DNA from: Kosmotogaceae bacterium
GTDB taxonomy: Bacteria > Thermotogota > Thermotogae > Petrotogales > Kosmotogaceae
DNA length: 64,000 nt
Assembly: GCA_016933635.1 (NCBI GenBank)
Contig: JAFGAP010000034.1
Span: forward strand, 32,505-96,504
Direction: 5' to 3'
The notes under the pieces were generated by a model. That model did not search any database. It saw nothing but the letters and a program-made list of their open reading frames with translations, and was not told the DNA's origin. The position numbers and the translations under genes were made by a program. Below are positions 9,801-19,203 of this stretch, in pieces (within the stretch, counting starts at the first letter, position 1; every line of letters begins with the position of its first letter).

Positions 9801-12188
9801 CTAACCCTTTTGCACCTTCACTAAGATTCCAGAGCCGTCTGAGTCTACAATAACCTTCATCCCTTCTTCCAGAGCTCCATCGATGATCATATCTGCTATT
9901 GGCCCTTCCACCGACTTCTCGATCAATCTCCTAACGGGTCTTGCACCATATTCCCTGTCGTAACCCTCCCTAGCAAGATATGCAACAGCTTCCTGACTGA
10001 TCTCAACGGAGATGCGTTGATCAGATAGTCTCTTTTCCATTTCCGCTATTCTCATCTTAACAATACCCTCCATTGCTTCACTATCCAAAGGCCTGAAAAG
10101 AACAATGGAATCAAGCCTGTTTATGAACTCCGGCCTGAAGACTCTCCGTAAACTTTCTTCAGCGAAATCCTTCACTCGGGTAAGTTCCGAGGTATTCGCC
10201 AGCTCTTCAGATGCAATGTTACTGGTCATGATGATTATTGTATTTGAGAAAGATACTGTCTTGCCTTTTCCATCCGTAAGACGTCCGTCATCCATAATCT
10301 GAAGCAAAACATTGTGTACCTCTCTGTGGGCCTTTTCTACCTCATCAAGAAGGACAACTGAATAAGGTCTTCTCCTGACTGCTTCTGTTAATTGACCACC
10401 TTCTTCGTAACCCACATAGCCTGGAGGCGCTCCTATAAGTCTAGAAACGGTATGCTTCTCCATATATTCCGACATATCAATTCTTACCATTGCCTCTTCA
10501 CTGCCAAAGAGGATGAATGCGAGCCTTTTGGCAAGTTCGGTCTTACCCACCCCTGTGGGTCCCATAAAAAGAAAAGAACCCCAGGGTTTATGAGGTGCAT
10601 TTAGGCCGGCCCTTGCTCTTCTGATAGTCTGCGAAACGATTTTGACTGCCTCTTCTTGATCGACAAACTTTTCGTGGACTATTGACTCGAGATCACGGAG
10701 CTTCTCGCGTTCAGACTGAAGCATTTTCCCGGCGGGAATTCCGGTCCATTGTTCAACAATTGAAGCCACGACTGCCGATGTCACGGTTTTTCCAAAAGAC
10801 TCTTCCGATTCCCACTTCTCTTTTTCAAGGAGGAATTCCCCTTTCTTTTTCTCCGCCTCGGTTTTCAGCTCGGCAGCGGCCCGGTACTCACCTTTTTCCG
10901 CATGAGCACTTATCTCACCATCAAGCTCCTTTAGCTCGCGATCGAGCGATCTCAGTTTTTCGGGCATATAGCCTGTTTGCAGTCTCACAAACGAGGCAGC
11001 CTCGTCAACGAGATCAATCGCTTTGTCAGGGAGATAGCGGTCTGTAATGTATTTGACACTCAGATCAACGGCCGTCTTCAGTGCATCGTCTTCAATCCTT
11101 ATATCATGGTGTTTCTCATAAGTGGGTTTCAGCCCTTCGAGGATTCTGTAGGCCTCTTCAACGGTTGGCTGTTCTACAATAACTGGTTGAAAGCGTCTCT
11201 CTAGAGCCCTGTCCTTTTCAATATACTTTCTGTATTCATCGAGAGTCGTAGCTCCAACGCACTGCAACTCTCCCCTTGCAAGGGCAGGTTTCAGTAGATT
11301 AGCGGCGTCCATAGAACCTTCTGCTGAACCCGCTCCAACGACACTATGGATTTCATCTATGAAGAGAATTACCTCGCCGGAGAGCTTTTTGACGGAGTCT
11401 ATTATTCCTTTCATCCTCTCTTCAAATTCCCCTCGGAACTTGGTCCCGGCGACAAGTCTACCCATGTCAAGAGCAAGAACGCTTTTGTTATTCAAGTATT
11501 CCGGAACATCACTGCTCACAATTCTTTGCGCAAGGCCCTCTACAATTGCAGTTTTGCCAACTCCGGGTTCTCCCACCAGGGCAGGGTTATTCTTAGTTTT
11601 CCTTCCAATAATCTGTATTACTCTTCTTACCTCGTCTTCTCTTCCAATAACGGGCATTAGCTTACCTTCTCTTGCGAGTTGAGTGAGATCTATCGTGTAT
11701 TTCTTCAAAGAAGAGAGATTCTCGTCCTCTTCTGCGGCGCCTTTCGTACGACCCTTAAGGATCAAAGTGTATATATTGTCGAGATTGATTCCGTACTTGG
11801 ATAGCAATCTGCTGGCCACGGCAGAAGTTTCCCGGACCATGGCGAGAAGAATATGCTCGGTGCCTGTTTTTGAATCGTGCATTCTTCTAGCTTCGCTTTT
11901 GGCATTCTCCAGAATGTGCCTTGCGTCCGGTGTGATGTATATCTGGTTGCCGATCTGACTTCCGCTTCCATAGCGACCGACTACCTCTTCAACGTCCTTT
12001 TTGAGAGAATCAATGCTTACCTTTTTCTCATTCAAAATTTCAATTGCAATATTGTCGCCATCCTCCAGCATAGATAGAAGAATATGCTCTGAAGCGAGTT
12101 GATTCTGTTTGTACCGCATTAGAATATCCTGTACATCCATAAGGATCTTCTTAGCTTTCTCGGTGTATTCTTCGTAGTTAATCATCAT
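9801..12188 (-). CDS. class I Clp/Hsp100 AAA+ ATPase (ClpC/ClpB-like)
   Basis: Two N-terminal Clp repeats; Walker A GEPGVGKT and GPTGVGKT; [35 protein letters not shown]. Confidence 0.93.
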   Translation of the reverse strand: MMINYEEYTEKAKKILMDVQDILMRYKQNQLASEHILLSMLEDGDNIAIEILNEKKVSIDSLKKDVEEVVGRYGSGSQIGNQIYITPDARHILENAKSEARRMHDSKTGTEHILLAMVRETSAVASRLLSKYGINLDNIYTLILKGRTKGAAEEDENLSSLKKYTIDLTQLAREGKLMPVIGREDEVRRVIQIIGRKTKNNPALVGEPGVGKTAIVEGLAQRIVSSDVPEYLNNKSVLALDMGRLVAGTKFRGEFEERMKGIIDSVKKLSGEVILFIDEIHSVVGAGSAEGSMDAANLLKPALARGELQCVGATTLDEYRKYIEKDRALERRFQPVIVEQPTVEEAYRILEGLKPTYEKHHDIRIEDDALKTAVDLSVKYITDRYLPDKAIDLVDEAASFVRLQTGYMPEKLRSLDRELKELDGEISAHAEKGEYRAAAELKTEAEKKKGEFLLEKEKWESEESFGKTVTSAVVASIVEQWTGIPAGKMLQSEREKLRDLESIVHEKFVDQEEAVKIVSQTIRRARAGLNAPHKPWGSFLFMGPTGVGKTELAKRLAFILFGSEEAMVRIDMSEYMEKHTVSRLIGAPPGYVGYEEGGQLTEAVRRRPYSVVLLDEVEKAHREVHNVLLQIMDDGRLTDGKGKTVSFSNTIIIMTSNIASEELANTSELTRVKDFAEESLRRVFRPEFINRLDSIVLFRPLDSEAMEGIVKMRIAEMEKRLSDQRISVEISQEAVAYLAREGYDREYGARPVRRLIEKSVEGPIADMIIDGALEEGMKVIVDSDGSGILVKVQKG

Positions 12189-12197
12189 TACACCTCC

Positions 12198-12223
12198 AAA
12201 AAAAGGGCGCCCGTAAGCGCCCT
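12198..12223 (-). terminator. intrinsic terminator-like hairpin between hsp20 and clp
   Basis: Minus strand AGGGCGC-ttacgg-GCGCCCT followed by T-run directly upstream of the clp GGAGG RBS. Confidence 0.7.
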
Positions 12224-12240
12224 CTCAGCCTAACTTTTTC

Positions 12241-12690
12241 TTAGTCGATCTTGACTTGGATTGCTTCCTTCTTGACTTCTTCTTTCTTGGGGAGCTCGAG
12301 CCTAAGGACACCGTCTTCGTATTTAGCTTTGACATCATCACTCTTCACATATTCGGGAAGTCTGAAGATTCTCTGGAATGCTCCGCTATATCTCTCATAG
12401 CGGTGGTAATCTCTTTCCTTCTGCTCTCTCTCAAGTTTCTTCTCTCCTTTGATAGAGAGAATGTCGTCTTCCACCTTGATTTCCAGTTCATCCTTCTTGA
12501 TTCCTGGGATGTCCATTTCAATGAAGACGGAGTTGTCCTTCTCGTAGATGTCAACTTCGGGACTAAACATGGTTGCTTCTCTAGACTGGCTGTTCAGCCC
12601 TTTGAAGGCGTCGTTAAAGAGTCTGTCCATTTCTCTTTGAATCTCTTCAAAGGGTCTGAAAAGATCGCTTCCTCTTCTGATAGCCAACAT
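12241..12690 (-). CDS. small heat shock protein Hsp20/alpha-crystallin family
   Basis: PEVDIYE, DIPGIKK, ERYSGAFQRIFRLP, AKYEDGVLRLELPK; ATG 12690 after GGAGG. Confidence 0.95.
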   Translation of the reverse strand: MLAIRRGSDLFRPFEEIQREMDRLFNDAFKGLNSQSREATMFSPEVDIYEKDNSVFIEMDIPGIKKDELEIKVEDDILSIKGEKKLEREQKERDYHRYERYSGAFQRIFRLPEYVKSDDVKAKYEDGVLRLELPKKEEVKKEAIQVKID

Positions 12691-12727
12691 ATTAACACCT
12701 CCATTTTCTGGGTTTCTATGGTTTCTG

Positions 12728-14572
12728 TTACTTACTGTCTTCCGGCGGTATATATTCGGTACCATTGTCACTGTCATTGTTTTCACCTTCCTGTGGGCCT
12801 CCATCAGCTGGAGTTTGTGCCTGTGTTTTCTGATAAACGCTTTGTCCGACTCTCATGCTCTCTTTCTGAAGTTGATCAAAAAGGAGCTTTACTCTCTGAA
12901 TGTTGTCTTCGTTCAAAGCATCCCTTAGATCTTTCACCAGTCCTTCAAGTTTGCCTCTGTCTTCGGACGAGATCTTATCTCCACTTTCGTTAAGAAGCTT
13001 TTCAATGCTATATGCCAACTGATCGGCCTGATTCTTCAGCTCTATTTCTTGTTTCTTCTGCTTATCCTGCTCTTCGTATTTCTTTGCCTCTTCTACGACT
13101 CTCTTAATATCTTCTTCAGACATCTTCTGTCTTCCACTAACAACCATCGACTGCTCTCTGTTCGTTCCAAGATCCTTTGCAGAGACGTGTACAATTCCGT
13201 CACTATCGATATCGAAAGTCACTTCAATTTGAGGTACTCCCCTAGGTGCCGGTGCAATACCAGTGAGCTTGAAGCTTCCAAGAGACATGTTGTCCCTAGC
13301 CATGGTTCTTTCTCCCTGGAATACTGCTACTTCCACCTCGGTCTGGCCATCTGCAGCGGTTGTGAAGACCTTAGATCTTTTTACGGGGACCGTAGAGTTT
13401 CTTTCGATTATGGGCTCCATCAAGCCACCCATAACCTCGACTCCTAAAGTGAGAGGTGTAACATCTACGAGCACCAGATCGCTCTCCACGCTACCCGAGA
13501 GAATACCACTCTGAAGTGCTGCACCTATTGCTACGGCTTCGTCTGGGTTGATGTTTTTGTTAGGATCTTTGCCGAAGATCGACTTGATGAAGCTTTGAAC
13601 CATCGGAATTCTGGTAGAACCTCCTACAAGCAGTACTTCATCAACCTCTTTTGGTGAAAGCTTCGCGTCGCTCATAGCTCTTTCTATCTGTTCCCTGGTG
13701 CCTTCCACAAGATCTTTTATTAGGGATTCCAATGTGGATCTCGTTATCTTCATTTCTAGATGAAGCGGACCATCAGCCGTTGCAGTTATGAAAGGTAGGG
13801 AAATCTCAGTTTCATACTTTGATGAAAGCTCAATCTTAGCTCTTTCCGCGGCGTCCTTCAGTCTCTGAAATGCCTGTTTGTCTTTTCTAAGATCTACGTT
13901 GTTCTTCTTCCTGAAGTCCTCAGCTATGTAGTCTATCAATCTCTGGTCGAAATCATCTCCGCCGAGGTGGTTGTTACCTGAAGTTGAAAGAACTTCAACA
14001 ACTCCATCACCAATATCCAGTACAGAAACATCAAAAGTTCCTCCACCCAGATCGTATACGATAATCTTTTTGTCACCTTGTTTCTTGTCGGTTCCGTATG
14101 CTACGGCTGCCGCTGTGGGCTCGTTAATTATTCTCTGAACCTCAAGCCCAGCGATTATTCCAGCCTCTTTAGTGGCCTGTCTTTGAGCATCATTGAAATA
14201 TGCAGGACAGGTAATAACTGCCTTAGTAATTTTCCCGCCAAGATAAGCTTCTCCATCTGCCTTCATCTTCTTCAAGATATAGGCGCTGATTTCTTGAGGG
14301 GTGTACTCTTTGTCGTCTATCCTTACTTTGAAATCGGAACCCATCTTTCGCTTTATTGATCTCACAGTCCTGTCTGCATTCAGAATCGTCTGCCTCTTTG
14401 CGGGCTCACCCACAATGATTTCACCGGTCTTGCTGAACGATACTATAGAAGGCGTTGTTCTATTTCCTTCCGCGTTAGGAATTACCTCAACGTTCCCGTC
14501 GGGCTTAACCCATGAAATAACAGAATTGGTCGTTCCAAGGTCGATACCTACTGTGTATTCCTTATTTGCCAT
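12728..14572 (-). CDS. dnaK: molecular chaperone DnaK
   Basis: [49 protein letters not shown]; ATG 14572 after GGAGG. Confidence 0.98.
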   Translation of the reverse strand: MANKEYTVGIDLGTTNSVISWVKPDGNVEVIPNAEGNRTTPSIVSFSKTGEIIVGEPAKRQTILNADRTVRSIKRKMGSDFKVRIDDKEYTPQEISAYILKKMKADGEAYLGGKITKAVITCPAYFNDAQRQATKEAGIIAGLEVQRIINEPTAAAVAYGTDKKQGDKKIIVYDLGGGTFDVSVLDIGDGVVEVLSTSGNNHLGGDDFDQRLIDYIAEDFRKKNNVDLRKDKQAFQRLKDAAERAKIELSSKYETEISLPFITATADGPLHLEMKITRSTLESLIKDLVEGTREQIERAMSDAKLSPKEVDEVLLVGGSTRIPMVQSFIKSIFGKDPNKNINPDEAVAIGAALQSGILSGSVESDLVLVDVTPLTLGVEVMGGLMEPIIERNSTVPVKRSKVFTTAADGQTEVEVAVFQGERTMARDNMSLGSFKLTGIAPAPRGVPQIEVTFDIDSDGIVHVSAKDLGTNREQSMVVSGRQKMSEEDIKRVVEEAKKYEEQDKQKKQEIELKNQADQLAYSIEKLLNESGDKISSEDRGKLEGLVKDLRDALNEDNIQRVKLLFDQLQKESMRVGQSVYQKTQAQTPADGGPQEGENNDSDNGTEYIPPEDSK

Positions 14573-14614
14573 CTGATTTCCCTCCTTGCATGCCAACTCA
14601 ACATCTTCAACACT

Positions 14615-14643
14615 ATTATAGGCAAGAGAAATCGACCTGTCAA
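14615..14643 (-). promoter_or_regulatory. sigma70-type promoter of dnaK operon
   Basis: Minus strand TTGACA (14643-14638) - 17 nt - TATAAT (14620-14615), perfect consensus. Confidence 0.85.
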
Positions 14644-14880
14644 CACAAAGATATCATAATTTATATTTATTACAATGCTTACTGAATAGCAATTAGAAAG
14701 TACTAAATAATAAAGATATAATTTTGTATAGCGTTCTTAACTAGAGACTGATAACATGAAATGCGTACTTTTGGAGATTACCCCATGTGTGGGTTCAGAC
14801 AGATCGAATGCAATCACTTTACTAGGGCCAATAATTAAAAGCTTTCGAGCAAAAAAAGGTATGAAGCATTACCAATTGCT

Positions 14881-16062
14881 CTATAGCAAGTCTTGAAGGG
14901 AATCGATATCGGTTGCTTCCACAATTGAAGGTTGCTCTTTAAGAACTGCAGGGTATTTCAAGCCGGAGCCCGTTAGAACTGCAACAACGAGGGCCCTCTT
15001 GATACCAATCTCATTTTTTAGCTTTGAAATCGAGGCGAACGCAACCGCACTGGCAGGCTGCCCGAAAAGACCTCTTTTGGCAAGTTGTCTCTGGGCTGTA
15101 AGAATCTCGTCTTCATTCACAGCAACAGTGATTCCCTGATTTTCTCTTAGTATTTTCAGAACAGCATTTCCGCTTGGAGGGAAGGGATTTTCGATTGCAT
15201 GTGCAATTGTATGTGGGCGTGCGAATCTCTTTATTTGATTGTCGCCGGAAGAGAAGGCTCGGTGTACAGGACAGCATCCCAAAGCCTGTGCCACGATCAT
15301 TCGTGGAATGTAATTTGAGAGCCCACATGCCTCGAGTTCGCGAAATCCCTTTTCTATTCCTCTAACGTTTCCACCAGAGCTTGTTGGAACGATCACAAAA
15401 TCGGGAACTCTACCTTCCAGCTGAAGGAATATCTCGAAGGCGATAGTTTTCGATCCTTCTACTCTAATTGGGATGTCGTAATTTGCAAAGTAGATGTTCT
15501 TGTTTTTTCCTAGTTCCAGTGATCTGAAATAAAGACGGTCATAATCTCCATTGACCCTCAGGATTCTAGGGCCATAGATGGCGATAGGCGAGATTTTCTC
15601 CTCGGGGATTGAATCAGAGACAAGAATTGTAGTCTTCAGTCCCGCTCTCATACCGTAGGCGGCAATTGAGGCGGCCATATTACCCGTGGAAACTGTGCCT
15701 ATATTTCTGTAACCTCTGTTAATGGCGTCGAGAACGGCTAAATAACTTCCGCGGTCCTTGAAAGACCACGTTGGATTTATTGCCTCGTTCTTGATGAACA
15801 GCTCTAAACCATCTTTCATAGCATGTTCTATCTTCGTCAGGGGGGTGAGCCCCTCACCCATTGAAAGAGAGCCACAATCCTTCAATTCAGGTAAGAGATC
15901 CGAAAAGCTTTCGAGGATTCCTGATTTCTTCCAGGAGATGTTTACAGACTTTTTCTTTTCTATGATTAGCTCAAGTGGTTCCCCACACGAACAGCGAAAA
16001 TGTTCTCCTAAATATTCTTTGCCACACATAGTGCAAATCATTTTCGTTTCTCTCATCTTCAT
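14881..16062 (-). CDS. thrC: threonine synthase family PLP enzyme
   Basis: N-terminal CxxC..CxC, MGEGLTPL, NPTWSFKDRG (PLP lysine), STGNMAAS, LTGSGLK. Confidence 0.8.
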   Translation of the reverse strand: MKMRETKMICTMCGKEYLGEHFRCSCGEPLELIIEKKKSVNISWKKSGILESFSDLLPELKDCGSLSMGEGLTPLTKIEHAMKDGLELFIKNEAINPTWSFKDRGSYLAVLDAINRGYRNIGTVSTGNMAASIAAYGMRAGLKTTILVSDSIPEEKISPIAIYGPRILRVNGDYDRLYFRSLELGKNKNIYFANYDIPIRVEGSKTIAFEIFLQLEGRVPDFVIVPTSSGGNVRGIEKGFRELEACGLSNYIPRMIVAQALGCCPVHRAFSSGDNQIKRFARPHTIAHAIENPFPPSGNAVLKILRENQGITVAVNEDEILTAQRQLAKRGLFGQPASAVAFASISKLKNEIGIKRALVVAVLTGSGLKYPAVLKEQPSIVEATDIDSLQDLL

Positions 16063-16068
16063 CCTCTT

Positions 16069-16848
16069 CTAAATGCTTATCTGACACACTTCATAATCCA
16101 TTTTTTCCTTCAGTCCAAGGTTGATGGCAATCGACAAAGAAGGGTAATTCTCAGAATCACAGTGCCAGTCAACTACCAACCCGCTTGAAAGGAATTCATC
16201 GACGCATGTTTTCGACACAGCTAGACCAAGACCTTGATTTCTAAACTCCTTGACGGTTTCTAGGCCCACTTCGATTCTATCTCCAAATCTGTATACACCC
16301 AAGCACCAGCTAATTATTGTCTTACCCTTGATTAATGCGTAACCTCCACCAAGTTTCTCGAATGAATCCAGATCTTTCCAGAAGGAATATACCCAGCCTC
16401 TAAGAACGTTACTGTAATCCAGGTGGGGATTCAGCAACTCCTCATTAATTCTGTACGCGGTAAATTCAATTGAATGGTGTCTTTCAGTATTACTTAACAT
16501 GGAGTTTGCTTGAAAGAAGCGTCTTTTCACAAGTCTTGGATTCATTGTTTTGAGGATAGCTAGAAGTTTATCCAAGACAGTGGGAGAAGAGCAGAAATTT
16601 ATGAAAGGGATGTCTCTTTCTTTTGCTAGCGGGAGAAAAGTCTCGAAAAGAAATCTACTAAGTTGGTTTTCTGAAATCCTTTCACTTTCACCCCCCACTA
16701 GAACTGTATCACAATAATTCCAAACCACTATGAGGTTCGGACTTCTTTGATTGTCAACAAAGATCATTCCTTTGGTGTTCCTTTCGATCACTGAAAGACC
16801 CATTAAGCTCTGTGGAAGAGTTTTGATTAAGGCCTTATCCTTACTCAT
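16069..16848 (-). CDS. GNAT family N-acetyltransferase
   Basis: IEVGLETVKEFRNQGLG motif A, WHCDSENYPS; ATG 16848 after GGAG chosen as start (ORF open to 16929). Confidence 0.8.
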   Translation of the reverse strand: MSKDKALIKTLPQSLMGLSVIERNTKGMIFVDNQRSPNLIVVWNYCDTVLVGGESERISENQLSRFLFETFLPLAKERDIPFINFCSSPTVLDKLLAILKTMNPRLVKRRFFQANSMLSNTERHHSIEFTAYRINEELLNPHLDYSNVLRGWVYSFWKDLDSFEKLGGGYALIKGKTIISWCLGVYRFGDRIEVGLETVKEFRNQGLGLAVSKTCVDEFLSSGLVVDWHCDSENYPSLSIAINLGLKEKMDYEVCQISI

Positions 16849-16997
16849 TATCTCCAGGTCGCTTCTGAGATGCAACTTTAACTCCTTCTTTCGGGGATTA
16901 GTAAATTCTACTCCGTATTTGCTCAGCAAAGCAAGTAACGTGTGTAGTTCTTTGTTTTGCCATTCATAAATGTTAGATTATCTCAGGAGGTGGAAAA

Positions 16998-17225
16998 TTG
17001 GAGATCAAAGGATATGTTGAAATTGATGGGGTTACGTACAAATTGATCAGTCGACAGAAGAGCGCTCACAAGAAACTTAGAATAAGAAGCAAGGGTCAGA
17101 CCGGCGTTCACCTTTTAGAAGAGGAGAGCTTTCTGAAAGAGAACAGCGATTATTTGAAGAGTCTGATAAACGATTCGGAAGTTGTCATTCCAATTGGAAA
17201 GAACAACGGGGGCCCAGATGAATGA
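16998..17225 (+). CDS. small hypothetical protein
   Basis: 75-aa ORF with AGGAGG RBS, overlaps next gene start. Confidence 0.6.
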   Translation: MEIKGYVEIDGVTYKLISRQKSAHKKLRIRSKGQTGVHLLEEESFLKENSDYLKSLINDSEVVIPIGKNNGGPDE

Positions 17226-18468
17226 ATTTGCGGATCAGTATAGAGAAATAGCTTCCACAATGCCCTCTGAGGAAGAAAGAATTGCCTGTTACAACGAATC
17301 CCTTCTCGACAGGCTTGAGAATATTATGCCGAGGCTTCTTGCGGAAGAGGACTTTGATGCCTGGATAGTGATTGGAAGAGAGAACAACGAAGATCCTATC
17401 ATCAGTACGTTGCTTCCCGGTTCATTTTACGGAGCCAGCAGAATAACGGCCTTCTTATTTACGAAGAACAATAGATTTGTTTTGTCTCCATATGGCAGTC
17501 AGATGAGCAGCTATTATGAATCGGCGTGGAAGGTTGAAGACGGAGATATCTTCAATTCTATAGGAAATCTGCTAAAGGATTTAAAAGTGAAGACACTAGG
17601 AGTGGACTATTCGGAGAACTTCGCACTCGCCGATGGGATTACGTATTCACTTTTCCGATCTCTTGAGAGAAAGCTTTGTGATGAGGTTACACTGGTGAGT
17701 GCCGAAAACATTGCAGTCAACTGGTTGCAGACAAGAAGCGAGAAGGAGATTGAGGTTTACAGAAATCTAGACAGAGTAGCTCACGTAATAATCAGAAATG
17801 CCTTTTCGAGAGACAACATTACACCGGGAGTCACAAAAACCAGAGATATCGAGCTCCTGCTCAAGAAGCTGGCATATGATATTGGTCTGAAAACATGGTT
17901 CGGCCCAGATGTAGATTTCCAGAGAAAGGGATTGAAAGATCCGAGGTGTACGGGTCTCATTGAGGAAGGGGACCTATTGCATTGCGATTTTGGCTTTATC
18001 TACAACGGCCTCGCAACTGATACGCAGCAGATCTTCTATCTGAAAGATGAAGGATATGACGATTTGAAGGTGGATCTCGATGGAGTAATAAGAAGAACAA
18101 ATGAGGTTCAGAATATTCTGGCACGAAATTTCGCTGAGGGAACTACCGGAAATGAATTGCTTCGAGTTTCTCTTGAAGAGGCGAAGGTGAAGGGTCTGGA
18201 AGCGGCAATATACTCACATCCAGTTGGTTATCATGGACACGGTGCGGGACCAATTATTGGACTATGGAATAACCAAGACAGAATAAGTGGAGCCGGAGAC
18301 CTGAAGATCAGAAACATGACCTGCTTTGCCATGGAGCTAAATTGCAGGACGCGACTGTCACTATGGGACGGACAGAATGTCTACGGTTTCTTGGAAGAAA
18401 CAGTTGCTTTAATTGATAATGAGATCGACTATCTTGATGGAAGACAGAAAGAGCTTTTTCTAATATAG
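17218..18468 (+). CDS. M24 family metallopeptidase (Xaa-Pro aminopeptidase-like)
   Basis: HCDFG, TDTQ, HPVGYHGHG, MELN, LEET metal ligands. Confidence 0.85.
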   Translation: MNEFADQYREIASTMPSEEERIACYNESLLDRLENIMPRLLAEEDFDAWIVIGRENNEDPIISTLLPGSFYGASRITAFLFTKNNRFVLSPYGSQMSSYYESAWKVEDGDIFNSIGNLLKDLKVKTLGVDYSENFALADGITYSLFRSLERKLCDEVTLVSAENIAVNWLQTRSEKEIEVYRNLDRVAHVIIRNAFSRDNITPGVTKTRDIELLLKKLAYDIGLKTWFGPDVDFQRKGLKDPRCTGLIEEGDLLHCDFGFIYNGLATDTQQIFYLKDEGYDDLKVDLDGVIRRTNEVQNILARNFAEGTTGNELLRVSLEEAKVKGLEAAIYSHPVGYHGHGAGPIIGLWNNQDRISGAGDLKIRNMTCFAMELNCRTRLSLWDGQNVYGFLEETVALIDNEIDYLDGRQKELFLI

Positions 18469-18480
18469 GAGGTGTTTACC

Positions 18481-19155
18481 ATGAAAAAGGTACTAACAGC
18501 GTTTTTTTATATTGCATTGATAATCGCATCGGGACTAGCATTTGAACTGAAAGAGTCGGATAATTCAATGAGTGTAACCGATCTTGCCATACTTGAGATT
18601 CAAGAGAATCCTTCCACGGGATATCTATGGCATATTTTTGCGGAACCGACAGGTGTGCTGAGAAACTTCCTAGAAGAGCACAACACGACCAGTATGATGC
18701 CTGGCGCTCCTTCTGTCAAAGGGTGGATAATGACGGCGGCAAAGGAAGGAAAGGCTTTGCTCACCTTGAAGCTTTTCAGACAGTGGGAAGGAGAGAAACA
18801 CTCTGTGGACTTCAGGGCATTGACGGTGGATGTTACTGGCCAAGAGAAGGGACAGGTAAATCTGAAGATTCTCATGAATGAAGTGACGCTTGGTACGACC
18901 TTTACGATCACCCTGGAGGAGAATGCTAGCACCGGGTACACATGGCAGTATGTAGTTCTTGGAGATGGAATAATGGAAAGAAGCAAAGAGATCTCAGTCG
19001 ATAAAAGCGAAAAGGTAGGAGCTCCTTCAAAAGTTACCTGGTCATTTCAAGCGGTGGGCGAAGGGTATTCGACGATCATCTTCAGATACTTCAGATCGTG
19101 GGAAGGAAAAGAATCATCGGTTGATTACAAAGCTTACAATATTTTCGTTAAATAG
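18481..19155 (+). CDS. secreted protease inhibitor I42 (chagasin) family, two tandem domains
   Basis: Signal peptide; ENPSTGYLW/GAP/RQWE and ENASTGYTW/GAP/RSWE motif sets. Confidence 0.88.
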   Translation: MKKVLTAFFYIALIIASGLAFELKESDNSMSVTDLAILEIQENPSTGYLWHIFAEPTGVLRNFLEEHNTTSMMPGAPSVKGWIMTAAKEGKALLTLKLFRQWEGEKHSVDFRALTVDVTGQEKGQVNLKILMNEVTLGTTFTITLEENASTGYTWQYVVLGDGIMERSKEISVDKSEKVGAPSKVTWSFQAVGEGYSTIIFRYFRSWEGKESSVDYKAYNIFVK

Positions 19156-19203
19156 GATCTGATATCATTGAATGACTATTAGTTCTCCTGAGGTGAAATA
19201 CTG

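Noticed and set aside
12256-12993. 245-aa plus-strand ORF and other long antisense ORFs over hsp20/dnaK/clp
   Set aside because: Shadow frames of conserved, codon-biased genes; no recognisable motifs
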